Assembly (NCBI GenBank): GCA_045106895.1
Contig: JBGCFM010000171.1
Span: forward strand, 1 to 44,943
Length of the DNA: 44,943 nucleotides
From: Polyangiales bacterium
GTDB taxonomy: Bacteria > Myxococcota_A > Polyangia > Polyangiales > Houyiibacteriaceae
Reading direction: 5' to 3'
A program made the translations under genes and the position numbers. Of this stretch, positions 19,529-29,500 are shown one piece after another; the first letter of the stretch is position 1; each line of letters opens with the position of its first letter. The notes beneath the pieces are model-generated. The model was not told the origin of the DNA. It did no database searches and saw only the letters and a program-made list of their open reading frames with translations.

Positions 19529-20278
19529 CTACGCTTCCCGGATGAGCTGAACGAAGGCGCGAATACCAGCGAGGACCTCGCCGTTCTGCTGCGTGCGATC
19601 CACGGTCCGCTCAAATTCCCGGAGCACGCGCTCAAGCTTCTCGTCCGTCGACGCCGCGGAGTTCCGCCAGGCGCTCGCTTCGGCGACGGTGCGCTCTTCG
19701 ATGAGGGCGAGCTGCCCTTGAGTGAGCGCGCGCTGAGTCTCTAGCTCCTTGCTCAACTCGTCGAGCTGGGCTTGGAGTTCCTCGTCGGCGCTGGCGAGCG
19801 TGCGGGCGTCCGGCGGAGGTACGGCCGCGTTGCGCTGGGCGCGCATGAGGCGCTGCCGCGTGTGGAGATAGAACGCGTGAATCGGTCGCAAGGCCATGGA
19901 GCCGAGGAAAGCGACGGCGATGACGACGCCGAGCTCCGCGCCAAGGATGGAGCGCGCCAAGAGGGCGAGGCCCGCGCCCACGAGATGCAGGAAGAGGGCG
20001 AGTACAAGGGAGCGAGTGGCGCTCTTCCGCGCAAAGCCGATCTCCGCCTCGTCGACGGTGAGACCCCGCGCGCGAAGCGATTCCATGTCGGCGAGGGCGT
20101 TGCGCGCTTGAAAGGTCAGGTCCCAGGGCAGGCGCACGACGGTGATCAAGCCGAAGACAAAGGCCATCGCCGCGACAACGCGCCCCAAGAGGAGCCCGTC
20201 AATCCAGCCAAGTTGGTGGGCTGCCGTCGCGAGGCCCAGCATCAGAAAGGTCATCCAACCACCGATTCGAATACTCAT
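19529..20278 (-). CDS. Membrane protein with C-terminal coiled coil
   Basis: About 4 hydrophobic segments, an LPWDL motif and a heptad-rich C-terminus. Confidence 0.75.
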   Translation of the reverse strand: MSIRIGGWMTFLMLGLATAAHQLGWIDGLLLGRVVAAMAFVFGLITVVRLPWDLTFQARNALADMESLRARGLTVDEAEIGFARKSATRSLVLALFLHLVGAGLALLARSILGAELGVVIAVAFLGSMALRPIHAFYLHTRQRLMRAQRNAAVPPPDARTLASADEELQAQLDELSKELETQRALTQGQLALIEERTVAEASAWRNSAASTDEKLERVLREFERTVDRTQQNGEVLAGIRAFVQLIREA

Positions 20279-20387
20279 GACCCGCTACATCGCAAGGTCG
20301 GTGCCGACCTTCGATTCCGCGTTTCTCCGCAAAAAGCGAGTGATTTCGCATGGCGTGTGTACGTTCTAGGTATGCAGCATGTACACG

Positions 20388-21362
20388 CTATGTGCTTCGT
20401 TTCTTGAGCGAGTGTCCACGCGTCACGTCGATGTGCTCGGGGACTTCGCCCGCGTAGTCGCCCACGCTTGATGTGCCTCGTCGTTCAAACATGAGAATCG
20501 CCGCCCCATCTTTCGAGTGCGGGCGATGTTCGATGCCGCGCGGAACCACGAAGAACTCACCTTCCTCGAGCACGACATCGCGCTCGCGCTTCGCGTCGAG
20601 GGCGCCGTCGCGCACAGAGATGGACAGGCGTCCTGAGAGCACCATGAAGAACTCGTCGGTCTCGGTGTGGGAGTGCCAGAGGTGCTCGCCGGCGACCTTG
20701 GCGACGCGGACCTCGTAGTCGTTCACCTCCCCGACGACGCGGGGACTCCACAGCTCGGAGAACGACGCGAGGGCTGCTCGGATGTTGACGACGGGTGCGG
20801 CGACGACATCTTTACGCGCCTGGGGCTTCGCCGGAGCATCCGTGACCAGGCGGCTGAAGCGACGTTGGTCCTTTCGTTCGTCGCTCAGGCCGCAGCGTGG
20901 CGAATATACGGAGCGGATGACACCCTCGAAACGAAACCCCGCTCGCTCAAGGACACGCTCCGACTTGGGGTTTCCGGCGAGGACGTCTGCGCTGAGTCGT
21001 TCGTAGCCGGCGCCGAAGAGCGCATCGCAGAGGGCGCCGAGGGCGAGCGTTGCGGCGCCTTTTCCGCGCGCGTCCTCGGTAAGCCAATAGCCTACTTCGG
21101 CGCTCAAGGACTCTGGAGAAAGCGCTGCGCCGACGGAGCCAAGGAGGCGCCCATCCTCGAGAATCACATAGTGCGAGTCGCCGATTCGAAGCCACGCGTC
21201 GAACTCCGCGTCGCCGTAGGGAAATGGAACGTGTGTCCACCGTGCGACGTCGTCGTTCAGCGAGAGCGCGTCGATGGCGGCCCGGCGGTGAGCTTCGCTT
21301 CGCATTTGGAGTTCATAAGGGCCGGCGTTGAGGGCACGAGGAAGGTCGGCGGCGCTGCGCAT
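20388..21362 (-). CDS. RimJ/RimL-type GNAT acetyltransferase fused to a cupin domain
   Basis: EVGYWL..ARGKGAAT and NPKSERVLERAGFRFEG, then WSPRVVGEVND and WHSHTETDEFF...VPRGIEH. Confidence 0.88.
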   Translation of the reverse strand: MRSAADLPRALNAGPYELQMRSEAHRRAAIDALSLNDDVARWTHVPFPYGDAEFDAWLRIGDSHYVILEDGRLLGSVGAALSPESLSAEVGYWLTEDARGKGAATLALGALCDALFGAGYERLSADVLAGNPKSERVLERAGFRFEGVIRSVYSPRCGLSDERKDQRRFSRLVTDAPAKPQARKDVVAAPVVNIRAALASFSELWSPRVVGEVNDYEVRVAKVAGEHLWHSHTETDEFFMVLSGRLSISVRDGALDAKRERDVVLEEGEFFVVPRGIEHRPHSKDGAAILMFERRGTSSVGDYAGEVPEHIDVTRGHSLKKRST

Positions 21363-21571
21363 GGTGGGAGGATAGCCCGGGATTGGAGACCACGCGGCGA
21401 GTACTTTGGTCTCACTGCAAGCGCGTGCTCGCCGTCAGTGGTCCATCGCATCCGCGGAGGCGGCGATTCCGGAACCGCCGCAGAAGCCAACGCGGAGCTC
21501 GACGCTAGCCAGCCCGACTAGCCACCCGCTCTGGAGTGAGTCGCTCTGAGTCATGCTAGAATCGTTCGGTC

Positions 21572-21904
21572 ATGGCGTACCGAAAGACAGACTCCATCAC
21601 GGCCGAGGCGGATGCCAACGACGCCATCGAGATCGCCATCAAAGAAGCCGCCGCGCTCAGCCGTCTCGACGAGAAACGAAGGGCAAAGCGCGCGCGTGCC
21701 GGGCGTTGGATCGCTCGCCTTTCGTTTCTGTCGAGCGTCGTGCTCTTCGCCCTCGCTGCGGCGTTCAAGTCTCACGGGGTTGGAGTCGCCGCCGTCGGCA
21801 TGTTGATCCTGAGCGGCGGCATTGCGCTGATGCGCCTCGGCGGAGGGCTCTCCGTTCAAGGCGAGTCCGACCAAGCGTCCGTGACTCGAAACATCCGCGG
21901 GTGA
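21572..21904 (+). CDS. Small membrane protein (2 TM)
   Basis: 110 aa with two hydrophobic helices; TGcTAGAAT upstream. Confidence 0.6.
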   Translation: MAYRKTDSITAEADANDAIEIAIKEAAALSRLDEKRRAKRARAGRWIARLSFLSSVVLFALAAAFKSHGVGVAAVGMLILSGGIALMRLGGGLSVQGESDQASVTRNIRG

Positions 21905-21920
21905 AGCGAGCTTGGACTCG

Positions 21921-22634
21921 TTAGTCCTCGGGGATGACTTCGGCGCGGAGGCCGCGCTCACTCAAGAGGAACGTCACCAGTCCGCCGCCAAAGACGAGCG
22001 ATGAGACGCCAAGCCCAACCAAGCCTCCCGTGGTTTGGCCCGAGTTGTCGTTCGCCGCGCCGGCGATGGCGACGCCGCCGCTGATGAGGACTCCTAGGAT
22101 ACCGGTGAGGGCGAGAATACCGCCCACCCAGCTGCCCGTGCTGGCGCCGTACTTTAGGGACACTCTTGTGTCGCTGGCGAAGCTCATGGCGGTGGGCAGT
22201 GCGTACTCATTGCCATCGTCGCGGAGAACATTCAGGCGGTATGAACCAGGCTCGACGTCGACATTGCAAGGGAGCTCGCACAACGTCTCGAACGTGCTCG
22301 GCGAGTCTACTGGGGCCATTTGCAGCGCGGCGCCGGCGTAGAGGCGGATGGAACGAAAGCGCAGTCGCACCACAGAGGCTTCAGTCTGCGCGGGTGGCGT
22401 GACAGCCTGCTCCGCGGAGGGTGGCGGGGGCGCCTGTGTCTCGACGCCGGGCTCGACGACGCCGGGCTCCACGACGCCGGGCTCGACAGGCTCCTGCGCC
22501 GGCGCCGCAGCTTGCGCTGCTCCTTCCGAGGAAGCTCCTTCGACCACGTTTGAAGAGCTTTCCTGCGCCTCGATGGCGGAAAAGGAAGTCAGACTCAACG
22601 CGGCGACGACACTTGCGAGGTGTGCTGAAGTCAT
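21921..22634 (-). CDS. Secreted/membrane protein with PEGA-like domain and two C-terminal TM helices
   Basis: Signal peptide, EPGVV repeats, LCELPCNVDVEPGSYRL, Gly-rich TM hairpin. Confidence 0.7.
   Translation of the reverse strand: MTSAHLASVVAALSLTSFSAIEAQESSSNVVEGASSEGAAQAAAPAQEPVEPGVVEPGVVEPGVETQAPPPPSAEQAVTPPAQTEASVVRLRFRSIRLYAGAALQMAPVDSPSTFETLCELPCNVDVEPGSYRLNVLRDDGNEYALPTAMSFASDTRVSLKYGASTGSWVGGILALTGILGVLISGGVAIAGAANDNSGQTTGGLVGLGVSSLVFGGGLVTFLLSERGLRAEVIPED
22439..22488 (-). repeat. 15-nt coding tandem repeat (EPGVV)
   Basis: About 3 copies of CGACGCCGGGCTC(G/C)A within the CDS. Confidence 0.7.
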
Positions 22635-22666
22635 CGTTTGCCTGTACCAGAGCTCACTTGGAACTT

Positions 22667-22852
22667 CTATGTTTGGTGCGTGCGGCCGTCTGGCAATAGA
22701 TCACGTGGCGGAATCACGCCCCGGCCCACGCTTTTGTACCGTTCGCAGTTCGTGTAGACGCCTTCGCAGTAGAGCGCCTTGATCACGGCCAACGCGGTGC
22801 CTTCAACGAAGAGCGGAAACATCGGACACTTTGCGATCTTGGGGCAGCTCAT
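22667..22852 (-). CDS. Small four-Cys hypothetical protein
   Basis: CPKIAKCPMF...YCEG..NCERY...LLPDG; TATACT 11 nt upstream. Confidence 0.7.
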   Translation of the reverse strand: MSCPKIAKCPMFPLFVEGTALAVIKALYCEGVYTNCERYKSVGRGVIPPRDLLPDGRTHQT

Positions 22853-22960
22853 GGGGTTGGCTCAGTATACATGAAACGGCCGCGTTCAGATATTCTGACC
22901 TACCTTGCAGCGCGCATGGCAGACGCTAGCTTCGACCCATGGAGTTCAACGGAGGCGACC

Positions 22961-23839
22961 GTGTTGCGTAGCCTGCTGGTGCTGGCGCTCGCCTTCATCG
23001 CGTGCACGGAGCCGCGGGGTGAGCCGGCTCCCACTCCCACTCCCACTCCCACTCCGAGTCCCGCGAGCACGAGTCTCGATCCTTCGAGCTTTGTCACCAG
23101 GCACGGCGACCTACCGGAGAACCTCCGCGGACCACGAAACCAGGTGCTCGTCTCAGAGCACGATTCGAAGATCTGGGTCTCAAAGGTGGGCTGGCGGCAC
23201 CACTACCGTTTCGAGATCACGGGGAGCGGGGCCCGCGCTCAGGCGCGTTTCGCCGCAGGCCTGGCGTATGTGCTCGCCGAAGAGGGCGCTACGTCGGCCC
23301 TGGGCCATTGCAGCGTCGCCACGCGGATGCCGGAGTTCTATCAACTCGATCATCACGCTGTCGTGGAAGTTCCGCCGAGCGCAGGCGAGCCCGCTTCTCG
23401 GCGGCCTGTTCCTATTCGACCGGTCGTGGCCAATGCCCACTTGCAGTCCGAATACGCGTTCATCGACATCGAGGGCGCCGAGTCGATGGCTTGGTTCACG
23501 CCCGCGGAGCTCGAGCAGATGACGGGCTCTACCTTCGAAGACCCACGCGTGCGCCACATAAGCGGGTGGCGAATGGTCGGCGATGCACGCCGCTCCTTGG
23601 ACCTGCTCGTCGTCTTTTCGCCGGAAAGCGCCGAGGTCTACGTTCTTGAACGAACGCGCGAGCTTCCCCTCGATGAATATCAGGCGCGGCGCGAAGAGCT
23701 TCGGCAGAGCGATGAAGAGGCGCTCGTCGAATTCCTTCAGAGCCTCGGTGTCGCGCGTGTGAGCTTCGCCCCAGAGGCGGCGTGTCAAATCCCCGAGAGC
23801 TTCGGCGGCCACGAATGGTGGCCGCTTCCTCTTCAATAG
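22961..23839 (+). CDS. Hypothetical lipoprotein
   Basis: GGAGG RBS before GTG 22961, lipobox FIAC, PTPTPT linker encoded by a CTCCCA hexamer repeat. Confidence 0.7.
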   Translation: MLRSLLVLALAFIACTEPRGEPAPTPTPTPTPSPASTSLDPSSFVTRHGDLPENLRGPRNQVLVSEHDSKIWVSKVGWRHHYRFEITGSGARAQARFAAGLAYVLAEEGATSALGHCSVATRMPEFYQLDHHAVVEVPPSAGEPASRRPVPIRPVVANAHLQSEYAFIDIEGAESMAWFTPAELEQMTGSTFEDPRVRHISGWRMVGDARRSLDLLVVFSPESAEVYVLERTRELPLDEYQARREELRQSDEEALVEFLQSLGVARVSFAPEAACQIPESFGGHEWWPLPLQ

Positions 23840-23864
23840 CTCTGATAGTTTTTCACAGGTCTTG

Positions 23865-24878
23865 CTAGCCGTCGAAGTTGAACTGGCGCCGGAGGTCGCG
23901 AGCGCGCTGTCGGCCCTCCTCGATGGCGTCCTCGCTGCGTTCCACGCTGTCCCGAAGCATGCCCGTGGCGATCTGCTTGAACTCGTTCTGCCGCCGCTCC
24001 TCGGGAGTGGCCTGGGCGCGTGTTTTCTGAACCTTCTGACCCGCCATGTGCTGGTACTCGCCGCGGTCATAGACGGCTTTTCGCGCCGCGGCGCGGAGCT
24101 TCGGCACGTCGGACTCGGCGACCCAGACGCCGTGGCAGCAGCTCGCGAAGTAGACGTCGAAGTCGCCGGCGAGGGAGGTGCCTCGAAAGTGATGCAAAGC
24201 GCCAGCGTGTCTCATGACGCAGTGGAGATCGGGTGCGGAGCCGCGCTTGGCGGCCCAAGGGCCATTGGCGAAGATGGCCTCCGTATCGATGCCCGCGCGT
24301 TCAGGTTCGCCTTTTTCGAAGAAGACGTTTCCACACTGGCTGCACGCGTCGACGTCGACGCCGTTGAGCTCGGCGAAGTGAGTGGCGACGTTGCAGGTGG
24401 GGCAGGTTGGAGCCGGAGCACCAGCGCTCGCGACGGGAGCGCGGCTGGCGAACTGCACGGGCGGGCCAAACTTGGCGGCGCCAGGAAAACCAGGCGGCGG
24501 ACCCGGGGGGTGTGATGTGCCGGGGAAGCCCGGAGGTGGGCCCGAGGGCACGACGCTGTTGCGCGGCGCAGAGAGCAGGTGAGCTTGGCCCGCGTCGAGA
24601 AAGACGCCGGTGCAACATGTGCATCGATGCACCACGGTGAGGCCTGCTGCGCACTCGACGTCAACGGCGCTCATCGGCGCATTGTGCGTCGGGCAGCGAC
24701 GAGGAGACGGTTTCGAACCTCGTGCGTAGGTGCCGAACGCGGCGCCGAAGTCGACGCGTACGATCGCACCGCTCAGGGCGTCGAGAAAGGTGCCACCACA
24801 ACGCGTGCAGCAGAGCATCTCGGACTGCATGACGGGGCGTGATTCGAGGGGTGCTTCGCAGGCAGGACAAACACTCAT
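23865..24878 (-). CDS. Protein with four zf-TFIIB-like zinc ribbons
   Basis: CPAC/CTRCGGTFLD, CPTH/CTCCTGVFLD, CPTC/CSQCGNVFFE, CVMRH/CCHGVWV; Pro/Gly linker. Confidence 0.8.
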   Translation of the reverse strand: MSVCPACEAPLESRPVMQSEMLCCTRCGGTFLDALSGAIVRVDFGAAFGTYARGSKPSPRRCPTHNAPMSAVDVECAAGLTVVHRCTCCTGVFLDAGQAHLLSAPRNSVVPSGPPPGFPGTSHPPGPPPGFPGAAKFGPPVQFASRAPVASAGAPAPTCPTCNVATHFAELNGVDVDACSQCGNVFFEKGEPERAGIDTEAIFANGPWAAKRGSAPDLHCVMRHAGALHHFRGTSLAGDFDVYFASCCHGVWVAESDVPKLRAAARKAVYDRGEYQHMAGQKVQKTRAQATPEERRQNEFKQIATGMLRDSVERSEDAIEEGRQRARDLRRQFNFDG

Positions 24879-24962
24879 ACCGCATCCTAGCATGGACGCT
24901 TCGGTGTGGCCTCTTGCTGGCTTCGTTGACCTCTCGGAAGGGAAGGGCTACCGAAGAGATTC

Positions 24963-25664
24963 ATGAAACCGAGCGTCATTCAAAAGCTGGAGGCGCTCAA
25001 CGAGACGTTCTACGCGCGACATGCCGGGGCGTTCTCGAACACCCGCACCGCTCCTTGGGCGGGCTGGCAGAAGGTGGAACTCGCGACGGACGCGTGTGTT
25101 CTGGATTTGGGCTGCGGCAATGGCCGATATCTCAAGTTCTTGCGCTCTCGAGGGTTCAGCGGTGTCTACCGAGGCATCGACAGCTGCCGAGCTCTTGTCG
25201 AGCGAGCCGCCGAGGTCTTTCCGCCTTCGGAGCATGTTCAGTGGGCAGTGGCGCGCTTGGACGCGGTCTTGCGAGAGCCCACTGAGTACGATCATGTGGC
25301 GGCCTGGGGCGTCCTTCATCACGTGCCGGGGGAAGAGCAGCGCATGGAGGTCATTCAGCAGATGCTCAAGAAGACGAAAGTTGGTGGATCACTTTGGCTG
25401 TCCCTCTGGCAGTTTCGCGATCATCCGCGCTTCCAGAAAAACGAATGCACCCCAAGTGACTTTGGGTTCCTCGCCGGCGACCTTGAGGAGGGTGACACGT
25501 TGCTCGACTGGCAGGGAGAACGCGAAGTGCCCCGCTATTGCCATCACTTCTCGAGCGTCGAAATCGACCGCCTGCTCCGTCGCTTCGCGCGTTCAAGTCC
25601 GATGCTCTACCGAACGGACGCGTCGGACCGCTTCAACGCCTACCTGCGTCTGCGCTCGACCTAA
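24963..25664 (+). CDS. Class I SAM-dependent methyltransferase
   Basis: FSNTR, VLDLGCGNGR, GIDS, VLHHVP. Confidence 0.9.
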   Translation: MKPSVIQKLEALNETFYARHAGAFSNTRTAPWAGWQKVELATDACVLDLGCGNGRYLKFLRSRGFSGVYRGIDSCRALVERAAEVFPPSEHVQWAVARLDAVLREPTEYDHVAAWGVLHHVPGEEQRMEVIQQMLKKTKVGGSLWLSLWQFRDHPRFQKNECTPSDFGFLAGDLEEGDTLLDWQGEREVPRYCHHFSSVEIDRLLRRFARSSPMLYRTDASDRFNAYLRLRST

Positions 25665-25714
25665 GAGTCCACGGGCTTTCTTTTTCCCGTCGTCGGCACT
25701 AGGTCTGGTGGTTC

Positions 25715-26506
25715 ATGGGACCTCGAATCGCAGCGTCATTCAACGCCATCCTCGTGATCGCCGTCATCGCCTGGAACTACTGGACGGCGGCAAAAGGTTT
25801 CAACGGAAACACCGTGGGCGGGATGAGCGACGAGTACGACTCGTTCTTTCGGCCAGCGTCGTACGCGTTCTCCATCTGGGGACTAATCTTCTTACTCCAG
25901 ATCGTGCACGCGGGGTATCAGCTCAAGCTGGCGTTCAAGACAGACGAGCACCGGCTCTTTCGTGAGCTCGGTCCGTGGCTCATCCTGACGAACATTGCGA
26001 ATATCGCATGGACCGTCGCGTGGCTCAGCGAGTGGACTGGGTTGAGCGTTCTGATTCTGCTCTCCATGAACGTCTTCCTCTTCATCGGTATGCGACGTCT
26101 TCGGATGGAGGTTTGGGATGCGCCTATGCGCGTCATCGCGTTTGAATGGTGGCCCATCGTTCTGTACGCAGGCTGGGTCGCCGTCGCTGTGCTCGCGAAC
26201 TTCTCCGCGTGGCTCGCAAAGGAGGCCATCGTGCCTGGTGACTCGGTGATAGCGGCGGTGCTGCTCGTCGGCCTTGCCGGCCTCTACAACGTCTACGTGG
26301 TGCTGAGCAGGAATATGCGTGAGCACGCGCTCGTCGCGATTTGGGCTTACGTCGCCATCGCCGTCGCGCAGTGGGAATCCGCGCCGGTCGTCGCTTCCGC
26401 AGCGGTCGGAGCCGCCGTCCTCCTCCTCGTGCTCGTCAGCGGGCACGCCCTGAAGAACCGCAGGACCTTGCCCTTTGTTGGACGTCCAGGGAGCGCCACG
26501 GAATAG
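25715..26506 (+). CDS. Multi-pass membrane protein (tryptophan-rich sensory protein-like)
   Basis: About 8 TM segments; PASYAFSIWGLIF and YAGWVAVA. Confidence 0.8.
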   Translation: MGPRIAASFNAILVIAVIAWNYWTAAKGFNGNTVGGMSDEYDSFFRPASYAFSIWGLIFLLQIVHAGYQLKLAFKTDEHRLFRELGPWLILTNIANIAWTVAWLSEWTGLSVLILLSMNVFLFIGMRRLRMEVWDAPMRVIAFEWWPIVLYAGWVAVAVLANFSAWLAKEAIVPGDSVIAAVLLVGLAGLYNVYVVLSRNMREHALVAIWAYVAIAVAQWESAPVVASAAVGAAVLLLVLVSGHALKNRRTLPFVGRPGSATE

Positions 26507-26522
26507 TTCCGTCCGGCGAGGG

Positions 26523-29500
26523 CTAAGGGAGAGGCATCTCAGCGATGCCTTGGAGTCCATTCTGCACGAAGACGAAGCTCAGCGTCCCCTCGTTGATGTC
26601 CACCGGGCCAGCGCAGCGAATCGTGGGTGAGCGTAGGTCGATGGGCGTGATAGCGCCGCTGGTCTGATCCATCCCCAGCAGCTCGCCCGCTTCGGTACAG
26701 GCCACCAGCGTCGCGTCCGTGAAACCGTCGTGGGCCACGGCGGTGACCGGTTCCGGAAACACGCCCAAGGTGGTGATGGGTGTGACGCCGTCCATGATCA
26801 CGACTCGTTCGCTGCCACGTGCATGAAGCAGCCAAGCGTTTCTGGACGGGCTCCACGAGCCGGATTTGAGTCGTCCAGAGTTCGGTACGGTGCAGGTGCT
26901 GATCGGTGTGTCGTCGGCGCAGAAGTCGTTCCGCACCGCGGAGTCTCCAGCGAGAGGTGTGACGAGGCCCGTGAGCGTATTGTATTGGATGATGCGGGCG
27001 TGTTCTTGCCGCTGTGCGGTGGAGTTGTACGCGTAGACGGAGATGAGAAGGGCGCTCCCATTGTCTGCTAACACAGCCTGTGGGTAGGAGGAGGGACTGG
27101 AAGGAAAGAGAACGTCATCGCCGTCGACGCCCGCTCCAAGACTGTAGTAGGGCGTCGAGCCGCCACCGACGGCGTTGACCCAGCGGTTGTCTTCAAGCCG
27201 CACCACGTTGTAGCGCGTGCTCGAGTAGACGTCGTTTCCAATTCGGTGAAACGTGCCCCAGAACTGCCCAGAACCGACGGTCCAGATCGGCTCTGCGTCG
27301 GCGTCCATCGAGAAGTCTGGCTCGCCTGAAATTCCGGTTCCCGCCAAGCGCCGAACGGGTTGCCCATCCTGGAACTCAAGCATGTAGCTGGCGCCGACAT
27401 CCACGAGGGTTGTAAGCGCACCGTCGCGTTGAAGGTGCTCGATATCGAAGAAGCGATGGTCGAGGGCGTCCGCCCGGTCGCTAATATTTCCGAACGTGCG
27501 GCCGTAGAGCGTGACGACGCGGCCGTCTTCGTCGAAGGTACGAATCTGCCCATTGTCCAACACGTAGACGCTACCGTCGCGGGCAATGGTCGCGTCGAAG
27601 AGCCGCATGGCGCAAGACAGCGCTTCCGTGCCGTCGGGGCACTCACCCAGACGTCCGGTGCCAGCGAAGGCTTCCACCGTTTGCGCAGTCGGATCGTAGC
27701 GCCCCAGCCGTTCCCCTTCGCTGATGAAGAGGTTCGTGCCATCGAGGCCGGTGATCGGGTGCGCGCCGGTGCGACCGAAGTAGGCACTGTCGACGGCGTT
27801 GTCAGGCGCCACTCCAAGCGCGTCGCCGGTGCGGGGGTCGAAGCGAACGAAGTCGGCCCAGCCACCGTCGGAGGTGTCGGAGGCTTCGCAGGTGGAGTCG
27901 ACTTGTGTTCGCACCACAGCGACGGCCTCGGTGGCTTCGCCATCGTCGTCGTACTCGATCATATAGCTCGACTGAGCGCAGCTCTCATAGCGAAGCCCAT
28001 CGCGCCAAGCGCCCTGAATTCGAATCGCACGAACGCTCCCGGCGCTGCGGTCGTAGTGGTGCAGCGCGGACGTCGTCTCGTAGCCATCGGCGGTGAAGAA
28101 GATGTCTCCGTTGGTGCTCACGGAGAACGCCACACGGCCCGCGATGGCACGGTCCGGAGGTTGAATCTGAAAAGCGAGAGGGGGAGTTCCGTCTTCGCTG
28201 AGGGCGCCACCACCGAGCACCGTTTCGATGCGTCGTTCGTCGCTGGTGAGGTCGATTCGCCGAACGCGGTCTTCGTCCCAAACGAACAGGCCTCCTCGTC
28301 CGTCTGCGTCGATTCGGTGGACCCATGTCGCCGTCGCGTCGGTGACGCCGCCGCCGTCGCCGGTGCTGGTGCCCGTTACGCGAAGAACTCGTTCGACGAG
28401 CGCCGTGGTCGGGGAAATGGAGATGACGTCGCCGGACGCTTCGCGAAAGTAGAGTGTCCCATCGTCCGTGACGACCATGGTCCCAGCTCCGACGGTGGTG
28501 CTACCGGTACCCGGATCGAAGGGCTGGAAGTTTGCCGTGACCGCTCCGCTTCCGGTGCTTGCTTCAGTCGCTCCGCCGAGGAAACGAAAGGGGACGTTGA
28601 GGGGAGGGCTCATCGCCGACGACACCTGTTCGAGGACGTCTCGCGCGACGACGCGAACGCGGAAGTAGTCAGCTCGTGGCGCTCGAATAATTGCGCAGGC
28701 GTTTCGTTCAGCGGTGACGGGGCAATCCCCGTCCATCGTCGCTCGCGCCATATCGCGCTCGTTGACGGTTGTGTAGATCTCCGTCGCGGCGAGCTCTACG
28801 TCACTCTCGACGTTCCAGCGTACGTAAACCTGGGCGGACTCCGAAACCTGCACTTCGCTCAGCGTGGGCGGCTCGGCGTGGGTCGGACCCGCAGTGGCGA
28901 CGACGCGGCTGACGAGGGGCGGCGGCGTCGGTGCATAGGATACAGACGCGCGCTGGGGCGACGACACGTTCCCCGCGCGGTCTCTGACGAAGACCCGGAG
29001 ATTGTAGTCGCCGGCGACGAAGCCGATGGGGAATGGCAGCGGACTGAGGCTTAGGGATGACGCAGCGGCTACGTCCAGAGTCTCGACGGGCACGAAGCAG
29101 CTGGACGTGGTTTCGGGGTCGACGCCGCGCCAGTCTAGGCAAAAGGCGGCGACTTGATCGTTGTCGCTTGCGTCGACTTCGGTTGGCACGATGCGCGTAG
29201 TGCTGGTCGCCGGCACGCGAAAGCTATCCACCTGCGGGACGACGGTGTCGCGGAGCCATTCGGCGCTGGCGCGCACAGCGGATTGAGTCGCCTCGACGAC
29301 GCTTGATCCATCAGTGCTTCGCGAGACACTCAGCTGAAAGCGTCCGGACTCACACGGGACGCTGGCCTCGTCGGCGCCGCTCAGTTCAACGGGAGCCGAG
29401 CCCGTGCAGCTCCCCTCGAAAGTGACTTCGTTGGTGTTCGTGACGAGGAGGAGTTGGTCAAAAGAAAGCGGTCCGGCGTCGACGGGAGGACCTCCATCTT

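Noticed and set aside
22660..22690. Second GGAACTT on the plus strand
   Set aside because: No matching -10 element at 16-17 nt, and it is antisense to the local genes.
25663..25690. Possible terminator after the methyltransferase
   Set aside because: A T-run is present but the stem is short and G-U rich; too weak to call.
27360..29054. 564-aa plus-strand ORF
   Set aside because: Antisense shadow of the 1034-aa lipoprotein; no motifs, and expected from GC-rich codon bias.
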